From Bacillota bacterium (lineage in GTDB: Bacteria; Bacillota; Sulfobacillia; JAUYEG01), in the NCBI GenBank assembly GCA_040766985.1, contig JAXGPL010000002.1, forward strand, positions 98,847 through 162,846: a stretch of DNA of 64,000 bases. Direction: 5' to 3'. This document shows, piece after piece, positions 8,824-19,845 of this stretch; positions within the stretch are counted from its first letter, which is position 1; every line of letters begins with the position of its first letter. The notes beneath the pieces were generated by a model. It had not been told where the DNA came from. It saw only the letters and a program-made list of their open reading frames with translations, and searched no databases. The translations under genes and the position numbers were made by a program.

Positions 8824-9265
8824 ATGGTCCGTCGTCCCAAGGATATCGTTTTCGGTCGCGGCGGCGTGTGCGCTTCGGCTCGCTCCGGGCCTGCGACGCA
8901 GGCCGCGCGCACATCGCACATCGCCAAAGGCCGCGAGGCTGAGTTGGCGGCGCACCGTTATCTTCTGCAGCACGGCTATCTGCCAGTCGCGCGCAACGTG
9001 CGGACAAGATATGGCGAGATTGACATCGTGGCCAGAGATGGCACGACGCTTGTGTTTGTCGAGGTCAAGTCGCAATCGGGGGCCTGTTCTCAAACCCGCG
9101 CCGCAGAAGCGGTCGGACCGCGCAAGCAGGGCGGGCTTCGCGCGCTTGCGTGGTACCTGCGAGCAGGGGTACGGGCCCAGTACCCCATGCCGGTTCGACG
9201 TCGTCCTGGTGGACTTTCCGCCGTTTGGCCTCCCGTCGGCTAGCCTGGTCCGCGATGCGTTCTGA
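8824..9265 (+). pseudogene. yraN: YraN family (UPF0102) endonuclease-like protein, one frameshift
   Basis: AAGGAGGTG 7 nt before ATG at 8824. GEIDIVARDGTTLVFVEVK and AEAVGPRKQ..YL in one frame, C-terminal PCRFDVVLV motif in the +1 frame. The shift is at G run 9166-9169 (an extra G). Confidence 0.8.
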
Positions 9266-9271
9266 CCTCCG

Positions 9272-10895
9272 TTGAGCGTTACGGTACTCGGCGGCGTCAT
9301 TCTGGGCATCAGCGGCAGGATCGTGGCCGTCGAGGTCAACATGCGCGAGGGCTGCCCGGCATCGAGGTGATCAGGCTCGCCGGGCGTACAGGGAATCTGC
9401 GCACCGGGTCAGATCCGCGCTCGCCGCCGTGGGATACCGGCTGCCGCCCCGCAAGTTCGTGGTAAATCTGACGCCGGCCGACATGCCCAAGCGAGGGTCG
9501 TCGCTCGACCTTCCCATCGCGGTGGGCCTCCTGCGGGCTACCGGCAGCCAGGTCCGCACGACGACCATTGGTTCGCCGGGACCGGCTTTAAGGGCAGGTC
9601 GGGCTGGACGGCAGTCTGTTGCCTTCGCCTGGAGCGCTCGCGTTCGCGCTTGCCGCCGAGCAGCGGGGCCTCGGAGGATCGTCGTCGCGCCGGGCGATGC
9701 GCCCTTCGCCGCGCTCGGCGGGATCGCGGTCTTGACGCTGGAGTCGGTGACCCAGTTTGTCCGCTGCGGGCCGCGCCCGTGGGATCGACGGGCGGGCCGC
9801 CTGCCGGCCGGTACGGATGGGCTCGTGCTGGAGTCCGACGGCATGCGCGCCGGCCGTGCGGACCCTGCCAGCCGGGCGGCACACCACCTGGCCATCGCGG
9901 GCCTCGCGGGGCCCCGGCGCGCCGTTCACCTCGCCGCGGCGGGCGGGCACTCGTGTTGCTTCCTTGGCCCGCCCGGCGTCGGCAAGAGCATGTTGGCGCG
10001 TTCACTACACGCGCTGCTGCAGCAACCCGCGGAAAGCGAACTGGTGCAAATCGTCGCCATCGCGACTGCCGGCAACCCTCTGCCGAGATCAGGCGGGGAC
10101 CTGGAGCAACAGAGGCGTCGCTTCGCGAGCCGATGCTGTCCTGGTATCCCTGGGCGCCATGGTCGGCACCGGCAAGCCCTTTTGCGCAGGCGAGTGACGA
10201 GGGCCACGGGGGCGTGCTGTTGCTTGATGAGCTTGGCCGGTTTCGGGCGGAGGTGCTCTCGGCCATCTGTACCGCGATGGACAGGCGGTGGGTCGAGGTG
10301 CGCACCGAGCACGGCCCGGTTAGGCTGCCAGCCGGTTTCCAGTTGGCGGCGACATCAACCTCTGTCCCTGCGGCCGCCTGGGCGGGCGACTCGGAGGCTG
10401 TCTGCACTCCTGCGGCCAGGCGCTTTGGCGGCAGCTCTCGGGGTCGGTTCTGGACCAGGTCGACATGCACGTTGAGGTCTCAGGTCCGGAGCTTTGTGAA
10501 TTGGAGCAGCGGTTCGTCGGCCGTTCGGCAACCATGCCGGATCCGTTCCCGCCAGCAGCTTTACAGAAGAGCAACGGGCATTGGCCGAGCTTGCCGCGCA
10601 TCGCGCTTCGGTCGCCGAGGTGCGGGCCGTCCAGGCCGCAAGATACGGCGGCCAGGCCACCAACGCGACCGCGCCGGACGGGCTGGTGCTGGACCGGGCG
10701 ATGATGTCGCAGGATGCGTTGCGGTTGTTGGCTCAGGCACATCAGGAGTTGGCCCTGTCCGCGAGGGGTTACTTCTCCGTGGTCCGGGTGGGGCGGACCA
10801 TCGCAGATGTCGCAGGCCACGAAGCGATCGAGGCGGATGACCTCGCGGAGGCAGTAGCCTACCGCGCGAGAGGAGCGGGGGGAGGGGCCGGTTGA
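9272..10895 (+). pseudogene. comM: YifB/ComM family Mg-chelatase-like ATPase, at least 8 frameshifts
   Basis: Pieces are spread over all three + frames: VAVEVNMRE / GLPGIEVI / RESAHRVRSALAAVGYRLPPRKFVVNLTPADMPKRGSSLDLPIAVGLL / AAAGGHSCCFLGPPGVGKSML / GGVLLLDELGRFRAEVLSAI / NLCPCG..LDQVDMHVEV / LSARGYFSVVRVGRTIADVAGHEAIEADDLAEAVAYR. Confidence 0.85.
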
Positions 10896-10976
10896 CCCAA
10901 GTTGCCCATCTATGCTGCACACGGGCTCACGTTTAGGTATGCTAGGGATAGCTTTGCGCAAGGGGGATGCAGCCGG

Positions 10977-12643
10977 GTGCAGGTGTGCCGCCGCAGATCG
11001 CGTGCTCGAAAGGGGCTGTTCCTCGCCCTGTGCCTTGCGCTGAGCCTGCCGGTCCTCATGGCGTCGCTCGCCGGCTGCGGGCCGAGACGCCCGGTTGAGC
11101 GGGAGGGTGGCGTATTGCGCGTCGTTCTGCCGCGGGATCTTGGGGAGTTGGACCCGCACCGGGCCCGGTTGGGCACGCCCTTGCACAGCGCGTTGTTTGA
11201 CACCCTGCTCGTCCTCGGGGCCGACAATCTCCCGCGCGCGGGGCTGGTCGGGTCGTGGCAGGTTAGTGCCGACGGGCTTGCCATCACGCTTGAACTAAGG
11301 CAGGGCGTGTTCTTCCACGACGGGACTCCGCTCACCGGTTCGGCCGTCGTCAAAAACATCGAGCGCGTGATGTCGGGCGGCAGCGAGCGGTTTCCCGTCA
11401 GGGCGATGTTAGGACCGCTTCGCGAGGCCAGGGCTGACGGGCAACAGGTCACGCTGGCCTACGATACGCCGTTTCCTCCCATCTGGGCTGCCCTGGCGGA
11501 CCCCAGGCTGGGGATCATCGCTCCCTCTACATTGCAGCTCCTAGACGAGGGTGAAGCAGAGGCCGGCACCGCTGCTGTTCCGGCCGGGTCGTTCTGCGGC
11601 TCCGGACCGTACCGGCTTTCTGAACTCCAGGCCGATGTGGTCGAACTCGAGCGTTATTCCTCATATGCCTGGCCCCCAAAGACCGTCGACAACCCCGGGG
11701 CCGCATACCCCGACCGGCTGCAGGCCGTTCTTGTGGGCGACCAGGATCCCGCGCCTCCAGGGCAGCCCGATCCTCGACCTGCGGCTTCGATCGAGCCCCC
11801 ACCCGACATCATCTGGTGGCCGGCGGACTACGGCGGTCCGGCAGCCGGCAGCCCCGGCAGGCAGGCGAGGACTGGCTTGATCACCCGTTCGGCGGCCACC
11901 GTCTGATCTATCTGGCCCTTGATCTGCGGCACCTGCCGCTGGCAGACCCGGCGGCCCGCCAGGCGATATCCCTGCTGGTCAATCGCGAGGGGTTGCTGGC
12001 GACGATGGGTGAGTCTCTGAGCGTTACGGCGTCCCTCGTACCGAGCGGCCTGCCCGGCGCTGTGGCAAGGATCGGCGCCGGCGGCGACCCTGCCGCCGCG
12101 GCTGAGTTGCTGGATCGGGCAGGGTGGACTGTTGCAGAGGACGAGACCAGAGCAAAGAACGGCGTGCGCCTCGAGGTCCGTCTCGCGACCTACGAGGATA
12201 ACGAAGCCTTTGACCGCCTTGCCGACGCCGTCTGTGAGGCTCTCGAGACCGCGGGAGTGGCGTGCCGCCGCGTTGCCCCCCGGAGATACTTCGATCCCGA
12301 TCTGGTTGAGGGCGCTCCAAACTTGTGGCTGCTGTTCTACGACTGGCCCGACACTGATGTGCTGTACTACCTGTTCCACTCGGGCGAAGTGGGTTCCGCC
12401 AACCGCTCCCGGTACAGCAACCCCGATGTCGACACTCTGCTGTCGGCCGCCCGGCAGGATATGGACCCGGAGCGCCGGGCGGAAATGTATCGGCAGGCGC
12501 AGTTGCTGATCACCGGAGACGCCGCGGCGATACCGCTGTTTGAGTCGCGCGGCGAGTTGCGGGTATCGTCAAGGGTGGCCGGTTTCAGACCCCAGGCTCC
12601 GGGCAGCCTGCTTCTTCAGGATCTATACCTGCGATTCCGATGA
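10977..12643 (+). pseudogene. ABC transporter substrate-binding lipoprotein, family 5 (peptide/nickel type), one frameshift near 11850
   Basis: Signal peptide with lipobox LMASLAGC. SBP_bac_5-like LRVVLPRDLGELDPH, FHDGTPLTGSAV, then after the frame change LIYLALDLRHLPLADPAARQAISLLVNRE. The start (GTG 10977 or 10983) is uncertain. Confidence 0.75.
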
Positions 12644-12780
12644 CGTCCGGGATCCTAAGCGGACAACCGAAGTCTGAATACAGCGAAACTTAACCTTCCG
12701 CCTGGCGTAGTAGCAGGGTAACAAAACCTCTCAATCCAGCAATCGGGCGTTCCGTCCCGCTAGTCAGTACCGGGGGTGCA

Positions 12781-14600
12781 GTGCCAGTGGAACAATTCCA
12801 GGCCATCTTGGCAGCGGACGTAGGCAGCACGACCACCAAGGCGATTCTCATTGAGCGTAATGGACAAGGCTATCACCTGAGGGCCCGCGGCGAAGCTCCC
12901 ACCACCGTCGAATCCCCGCACGAAGATGTCATGATCGGCATGCGCAACGCCCTTCACAGGCTCGAAGAAGCATCAGGCAGGAAGCTCCTCGGCGAGAGCG
13001 GCCTGATCGTCCCGGCGGCCGACAGCCAAGGGATCGACCTGTTTGTGGCAACCTCCAGCGCCGGCGGCGGCCTGCAGATGACCGTGGCGGGGCTGATCAA
13101 GACCCTGACGGCCGAGAGCGCCCAACGGTGCGCGCTTGGGGCGGGCGCTATCGTGATGGATGTGGTATCGATCGATGACGCCCGGCTCGTGATCGAGCGC
13201 ATACGCAGGCTCAAGGAAATGCGACCGGACATGATCCTCCTCTCGGGCGGCACCGACGAAGGCGACATCAGCCACGTTGCGGCGATCGCCGAGTACATCG
13301 CTGCCGCCAACCCCAAGCCGCGCCTCGGGGGCAGCGTCCGCGTGCCGGTGATCTACGCGGGCAACGTCAAGGCCAGGGAGTACGTCGAGGACGTGCTCGG
13401 CGACCTGATGGACGTCCGGGTTGTGGACAACATCCGGCCACGTCTTGACAGGGAAGTGCTCGAACCAGCGCGCGCGGCGATCCACGACCTGTTCCTCGAG
13501 CACGTGATGGCGCAGGCGCCCGGATACCGCAACCTTCTTGAGTTGACCCAAAGCCGCATCCAGCCTACTCCGATGGCCGTTGGCAAGATCCTGCGCCGCC
13601 TTTCGGAGAGCCAAGAAGTCAACATCGTGGCGGTCGATATCGGCGGTGCGACGACCGACGTCTTCTCGATCATGGATGAGAACTTCAACCGCACGGTCAG
13701 CGCCAACCTCGGCATGAGCTACAGCCTCGCCAACGTCATGGTTGAGACCGGCGTCGAACGCATCCTCCGCTGGCTGCCTTTTGAGTTGTCCGAACGCGAG
13801 TTGCGCAACTGGACCGCCAACAAGATGATCCGCCCGACGACCCTCCCTCAAGGGCTGGACGAGTTGGTCTTCGAGCACGCGATGGCCCGCGAGGCCATCC
13901 GCCTCTCGTTTGAGAACCACCGCAAATTGGCTGTCACGCTGCGCGGCGTTCAGCAAAAGCGCACGTTCGATGATGTTTTTGACCAGAAGCTGACGGGACA
14001 GCCGCTTGTCAGCCTCTCACAGCTCGACGTGATTATCGGCAGCGGTGAGCACTTCCTGTACGCTCCCCGCCGCGCCCAGGCGCTGGTGCTGATTGACGCG
14101 CTGCAGCCCGAGGCGGTCTCCAGGCTGTTTGTCGACAGCGTCTTCTGGCGATGCCGCATCTCGGAGCGATCTCCGACTCCTCTATCCAGACGTAGCCCTC
14201 GATGTGCCGCCTGGGCGATTGCCTGGTTCCGCTCGGCACGTGTATCGCGCCCACGTCGAGCCGCCAATGAACTGCTCGCGGTCGTCACGGCTGTCCCTGC
14301 CAGACGGGCGCAAGGAAACCATTGAGGTCCGGGGCGGCCAGATCGTCCAGGCTCTGCGCCGACGAGCGCGCCGGTCTGCTGGTTGAGCCCCGGCGGGGCG
14401 TCGACATGGGCGCGGGGCTCGGCAGGCGCGTGACGGGTGAAGCGCGGGCGGCGAAGTCGGCCTGGTGATCGACGGCCGATCGTCTTTCCGGCGCGGCGCA
14501 GCAGCGTGCCGCAAAGGTACACGAATGGCTGACTGCTCTCAACGTCTATGATCCGGGGCTGCTCAGCGACTATGCACGAGCCTACGCAGGGGGTGTGATC
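12781..14600 (+). pseudogene. Glutamate mutase L (GlmL/MutL)-like ATPase-fold protein, 3' third riddled with frameshifts
   Basis: ILAADVGSTTTKAILI, LLSGGTDEGD, VAVDIGGATTDVFS and IIGSG..APRRAQALVLIDALQPE are typical of the GlmL family. From about 14130 the expected continuation (MPHLGAIS, CLVPLGTCIAP, EVRGGQIVQAL, LLVEPRRGVDMGAGLG, GLVIDGR) hops between frames. The end coordinate is approximate. Confidence 0.7.
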
Positions 14601-14635
14601 CGGCATGACCGCGATGGACGCCAGCGCCCTCCGGC

Positions 14636-15964
14636 ATGTACGTCCGGCGCGAGCGCCTCCTCCCAATCCCAGGCGAGGTGCCGGTCAACGTCGGCGACGA
14701 GGTGCGGCCGGATACCGTGATCGCCAAGATCGAGGTCCTGCCCGGCGATCCTTACGTCATCGATCTTCGCCAGGAGTTCCGCCAGAAGCTTACGGCCGCC
14801 GAGGTCAGTAAGGCGATGCAAAAACGCGTCGGCGAGCGGGTCATTGCCAACGAAGTGATTGCCCAGTTGGCCAAAGGCATTTTCAGCGAGGTGGTCACCG
14901 TCAAGTCGCCGGTCGACGGCGTCATCGAGTTTATCTCCCGGGCATACGGGCGTGTGCTGATCCGTGACCACCCGCGGTCGGCCCTGCCGGTGTCGGTCGT
15001 TCCGGTTGCCAAGCAACTCGACGTCTGGCCGGCTACAATACGGATGGCCTGCGCTACCGGGAGGGCGACGAGGTCAAGCAGGGCGCGGCCCTTGCCGACA
15101 GCCCGGGCGTGACCGGCGTGGACTACCTGCACAGCACCGATCAGCGGGATCATTGAAAAGATCGACACCCGCAACGGGACAGTGACCGCCGGCGCGCCCC
15201 ACGATGGTCGAGGCGTACATCGCCGGCCGGGTAGGAGGCCGTCACGCCTGGAGTATGGCGCAGTCGTGACATGCGACGCGTCGGTCGTTCCAGGCGTGTT
15301 CGGTATCGGTTTCGAGAACTGGGGATACCTCAAGATGGTCGCGAGCGATCCGCAGGATGTCGTGGATGCTTCCGATCTGCCGGGCGAACTCCGCGACGCC
15401 GTTATCGTCGGCGGAGCCAAGCTCACCACCGAAGCGGTTCGCAGAGCCGCGGCGGCGGGGGCGCGCGGCATTGTCTGTGGCGGGATGGACCATCTGGACC
15501 TTGTCGCCATCGCGGGCCAGGAAATTGGAGTCGGCATCACGGGCCAGGAGGATATCCCGCTGACCATCGTTCTTACCGAGGGGTTCGGCCTGATGCCGAT
15601 GGCTGAATGGACCTTTGAACTGCTGCGTGCAAACGAGGGGCGTCTGGTTTCTTTCAACGGCACGACTCAGGTCCGGGCCGGTGTCATCCGCCCAGAGGTG
15701 ATCATCCCGTTCTCGGGCGACGGGCCTGCCCGCACTGAGGCAGTCGAATCCGGCGGCCAGGTCGTGCGCGTGGCACGCGGCCTGGCGCCTGGAGCGACTG
15801 TGAGAGTGCTCCGCAAGCCGTACTTCGGGATGTGGGGCGAGGTGGACGAAGTGCCGGTTGCGCCGGAGCGCTTGGAGACTGAAGCTCTGGTCAGGGTGGT
15901 CCGGGTCCGCCTGCAGGACGGGCGTACCGTCACGGTGCCGCAGGAGAACGTCGAGGTGTTCTAG
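14636..15964 (+). pseudogene. Conserved hypothetical protein paired with the GlmL-like gene (barrel-sandwich-like N-terminus, KOW-like C-terminus), frameshifts at 15030-15260
   Basis: MYVRRERLLPIPGEVPVNVGDEVRPDTVIAKIEV and SPVDGVIEFI resemble lipoyl/biotinyl-type hybrid motifs. The C-terminus GATVRVLRKPYFGMWGEVDEV..VRVRLQDGRTVTVPQENVEVF is KOW-like. The middle section (YREGDEVKQGAALA, ISGIIEKIDTRNGTVT, MVEAYIAGR) sits in other frames. Confidence 0.6.
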
Positions 15965-16009
15965 CTGCAAGCGGAGCGGCCGCTTGGCCGCACGTGATGG
16001 GCATCGCAG

Positions 16010-16039
16010 GGCGTGGGGCAACGGGCCCCACGCCTTTGT
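16010..16039 (+). terminator. Rho-independent terminator after the GlmL-partner gene
   Basis: GGCGTGGGGC / GCCCCACGCC 10-bp stem, 5-nt loop, followed by TTTGT. Confidence 0.6.
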
Positions 16040-16127
16040 CCAAGCAGGAGTAGCATTTCCTTTGTGGTATGTTCTGTTTGATGTTCGAAGCAATAGTGCC
16101 CGCCTCGTGCCGGATGGGGGTTCGGAT

Positions 16128-17930
16128 TTGACCATTCTGCTTCGCCTTCTGCGCTACACCCTCAAGTACTGGCGGTGGTCGCTGCTCGGTCTGAGCGCGA
16201 TGATCGCCGGCTTGTTCACGCGTCTTCTCATCCCGCGGCTCGTCCAGCGGGCCATCGACGATGGCATCATTGCGCAGGACGGCGCCCTGCTCCTGACCAC
16301 GGCCGCGTTGATCGTCGCAATGGCTGTGCTCGGCGGTCTGATTCGTTTCGCCGACCGGTATTCGATGGAGTTCATGTGCCAGAGGGTTATCTACGACCTC
16401 CGGAATGATCTCTATAATCACCTGCAGGCCCTGTCGTTCAGCTATTACGACGAGGCCCACACGGGCCAACTGATGTCCCGCGTTACGGGCGACGTGGAGA
16501 CAGTCCGCCGTTTCATCTCGCGGGGTGTCTCCGAACTGATCGGCAACCTGCTGCTGCTCGCGTCCGTCGTCACCATCCTGGTCCGCTACCACCCGGGGTT
16601 GGCGGCTGCGTCTCTTTCGATGCTGCCCCTGCTCGCCTGGGCGGTGGTGCAGTTCGGGCGCAGAGTGCGACCGGCCTATTGGGCGATCCAGGCGCAGGTG
16701 GCATCGATGACGGCGGTGTTGCAGGAGAACATCACCGGCGTCCGCGTGGTGCGGGCGTTTGCCCGGGAGGATGAGGAAGAAGCCAAATTCGCCGTGGAAA
16801 ACAGAGCATACCACTCAAAGCAGATCACAGCCGTCAAGCTGTCCGCGTTTTACATGCAACTGATGGCCTTTCTGAGCAACTTCGGTGTGGCAGTTGTGCT
16901 TTATTACGGCGGCCGGCTGGTGATCGACGGGACGCTCACCATCGGCACGCTCGTGGCGTTCTCCTCCTATCTGACTCAGCTTATGCAGCCGATGCGGATG
17001 GTCGGTTTCATCGTCAGCCTCGCGCAACGAGCCGCCGCCTCAGGCCAGCGCGTGTTCGAGATCCTCGACGAGAAGCCGCAGATCCAAGATGAGCCGGACG
17101 CCGAGCCGTTACCGGCAATCGCCGGGCATGTCGAGCTGCGCGACGTGAGCTTTGGCTGCTTGGTGCGCCCGACGAACTGGTGTTGAAGCGGGGATCAACC
17201 TGGTGGTGCCACCGAAGACCGTTGCGCTGCTCGGGGCGACCGGGTCGGGTGCAAGTCGTCGATCATCAACCTGATCCCGCGCTTCTACGACCCCACCGAA
17301 GGGCAGGTCCTGGTCGACGGCCACGATATCAGGCGCGTTACGCTGCAGAGCCTCCGAAGGCAGATCGGCATGGTCCTGCAGGAGACGTTCTTGTTCTCGG
17401 CCAGCATCCGCGAGAACATCGCGTACGGCCGGGCCAACGCAAGCGAGCAGGAGATACTCGAGGCAGCCAAAGCCGCGCACATCCACGACTTTATCTTGTC
17501 GCTCCCCAAGGGCTACGACACGGTGATCGGCGAGCGTGGGGTGGGGCTGTCGGGAGGGCAGAAGCAGCGCCTGGCAATCGCCCGCGCGCTGCTCATGGAC
17601 CCCAAGATCCTGATCCTCGACGACTCTACATCGAGCGTCGACACAGAAACCGAGTATCTCATCCAGCAGGCCTTGTCCAACTTGATGCGTGACCGCACGA
17701 CCATTGTGATTGCCCAACGGCTCTCGACCATCAAGAACGCAGACGAAATCGTGGTTCTCGAACAGGGAGAAATCGTCGAACGCGGCCAGCACGAAGACCT
17801 GCTGGCCGCCAGCGGCATCTATACCCGGATCTACGACCTTCAGCTGCGGCAACAGGAAGACGAGCCGCAGCCGCAGGAGGATGCGGCGGACGCTCCGCCC
17901 GCCGGGCGCGCCCGTGGAGGTGACCGCTGA
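16128..17930 (+). pseudogene. ABC transporter ATP-binding/permease protein (type I exporter half-transporter), frameshifts at 17150-17260
   Basis: TTG start after GGATGGGGG. Six-TM exporter domain is intact to VELRDVSFG. The Walker A region (INLVVPPKTVALLGATGSG / SSIINLIPRFYDPTEGQVLVDG) is split over frames. The rest is intact: LSGGQKQRLAIARAL, ILILDDSTSSVD. Confidence 0.85.
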
Positions 17931-19729
17931 TGGGCCACTTCCACTTTCACGGGCCGATGCCTGACGAGGATATGAAGGCGATCGACACCAAAATCCTGCG
18001 CCGGCTGCTGGGTTACGTCAAACCGTATATGGCCAAGTTCCTGCTCGGCATAGTGATGATTCTCTTCGCCACAGGTGCGGGCCTGGCCGGGCCGTGGTTG
18101 ATCCGTCTCGCCGTCGACAAGTACATCCTGGCGGGAGACTACGGGGGCCTGACCCTGATCGCCGGCCTTTACCTCGGTATCCACGCCGTCAGCTGGATTG
18201 TCAACTACCTGCGCCAGTTGCTCATCGCTAGCGTCGGGCAGAGCGTCATCTTCGACCTCCGCCGCGACCTGTTCGCCCACATCCAGAGGCTGACGTTCAA
18301 GTTCTTTGACACCACACCCGCCGGAGTCCTCATCTCGCGCGTCGTCAATGACGTCGGGGCGGTGCAGGAACTGGTTTCCGGCGGCATTCTCAGCGTCGTA
18401 AGCGACGTGGTGACCCTCGGGGGCATCGTGGTGCTAATGCTTACAATGCACTGGAAGCTGGCCCTGGTGTCCTTTATCACCATGCCGCTCCTGTTCCTGG
18501 CGGCGAACGCTTTTCGGACCCGCGCTGCAAGGGCCTACCGCAAGGTGCGCACCCAGATCGCCAACGTTACCGCCAATCTCCAGGAGAGCATCAGCGGCGT
18601 GCGGGTAACGCAGAGCTTCGCACGCGAGCAGGCCAATCTGGAACGCTTTGATCAGACCAACCTTGAGAACATGCAGGCCAATATGGAAGCGGTTTCGGTA
18701 TTCTCGATTTTCGTGCCCGTGGTGGAGTTCATCAGTTCGCTCGGGACCGCTCTGGTGCTTTGGTTTGGCGGCCGGTTCTTTGGAATGGGCGACATCGAGG
18801 CCGGGGTGATCGTCGCCTTCATGCTCTATGTGGGACGCTTTTACGGGCCGATCCGCGACCTGACGATGGTTTACAATGAGCTCCAGGCGGCCAATGCGGC
18901 GTGTGAGAAGATATTCCAGATCATGGATACCCCGCCGGAAGTCGTCGACCGGCCTAGCGCGGCCGACCTCGGGAGCGTTCGCGGCGACGTCCTCTACGAC
19001 GACGTGACCTTCGCCTACGAGGACGACCAGTACGTCCTGAAGGAGATCAATCTTGCGATACCCGCGGGATCGCGCATCGCGCTCGTAGGCCCGACAGGCG
19101 CGGGCAAGAGCACGATGATCAATCTCCTGGCGCGGTTTTACGAGCCGACGGCGGGAGCCGTCAAGGTCGACGATGTGGACACCCGCCAGGTGACGATGCG
19201 CTCCCTGCGGCGCAACATGGGCATCGTGCTCCAGGACACGTTCTTGTTCTCAGGGACCGTGCGCGACAACATCCGGTACGGCAATCCCGAGGCGACCGAG
19301 GACGAGATCATCGCGGCTGCCAAAGCCGTTCGCGCGCACGAGTTCATCATGCGGCTGCCGGAAGGCTATGACACCGAAGTGAGAGAACGGGGCGGCAAGC
19401 TCTCGGTCGGCCAACGCCAGTTGATTTCGTTCGCCCGCGCGCTCTTGGCCGACCCGCGCATCCTGGTCCTCGACGAAGCCACCTCAAGCGTTGACGCATA
19501 TACCGAGGTGCTGATCCAGGAGGCGCTGGAACGCCTGATGATCGGCCGCACGTCAGTGATCATTGCCCACCGTCTGTCGACCATCCGGAACGCCGACAAG
19601 ATCGTCGTGCTCGACGGCGGCAGGATCGTGGACACCGGCCGCCACGAGGAGTTGCTGGCCAGGGGCGGTCTATACGCCCACCTCTACGAAATGCAATTCC
19701 GGCTGCAGGAGGCGGTCGCGGAGGGCTAG
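17930..19729 (+). CDS. ABC transporter ATP-binding/permease protein (partner half-transporter)
   Basis: ATG overlaps the upstream stop (TGATG). 599 aa, TM domain plus GPTGAGKST, LSVGQRQLISFARAL, ILVLDEATSSVD. Confidence 0.92.
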   Translation: MGHFHFHGPMPDEDMKAIDTKILRRLLGYVKPYMAKFLLGIVMILFATGAGLAGPWLIRLAVDKYILAGDYGGLTLIAGLYLGIHAVSWIVNYLRQLLIASVGQSVIFDLRRDLFAHIQRLTFKFFDTTPAGVLISRVVNDVGAVQELVSGGILSVVSDVVTLGGIVVLMLTMHWKLALVSFITMPLLFLAANAFRTRAARAYRKVRTQIANVTANLQESISGVRVTQSFAREQANLERFDQTNLENMQANMEAVSVFSIFVPVVEFISSLGTALVLWFGGRFFGMGDIEAGVIVAFMLYVGRFYGPIRDLTMVYNELQAANAACEKIFQIMDTPPEVVDRPSAADLGSVRGDVLYDDVTFAYEDDQYVLKEINLAIPAGSRIALVGPTGAGKSTMINLLARFYEPTAGAVKVDDVDTRQVTMRSLRRNMGIVLQDTFLFSGTVRDNIRYGNPEATEDEIIAAAKAVRAHEFIMRLPEGYDTEVRERGGKLSVGQRQLISFARALLADPRILVLDEATSSVDAYTEVLIQEALERLMIGRTSVIIAHRLSTIRNADKIVVLDGGRIVDTGRHEELLARGGLYAHLYEMQFRLQEAVAEG

Positions 19730-19802
19730 GGTCCGCGGTCCTGTGTCGAACGGATGAAGAGGCCGCGCGCGATAGTAAGGAAGGAGACGGCATCTGCCGC
19801 GG

Positions 19803-19845
19803 CCAATCCCCCTGACAAATAATGGCAGGGGGATTGGTGTTTTCG
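19803..19845 (+). terminator. Rho-independent terminator after the ABC exporter pair
   Basis: CCAATCCCCCTG / CAGGGGGATTGG 12-bp perfect stem, 11-nt AT-rich loop, then TGTTTTCG. Confidence 0.75.

Noticed and set aside
8536-9342. The upstream 269 codons of the 361-aa minus-strand ORF that ends in the SASP
   Set aside because: Only the last 92 codons have SASP homology, a strong Shine-Dalgarno and a promoter. The upstream part runs antisense through yraN and is low-complexity.
9429-10840. Two long overlapping + strand ORFs (348 aa and 396 aa) that could be taken for separate Arg/Pro-rich proteins
   Set aside because: Both are alternating true and false frames of a single comM/yifB gene. The genuine motifs alternate between them, and the rest is GC-rich out-of-frame translation.
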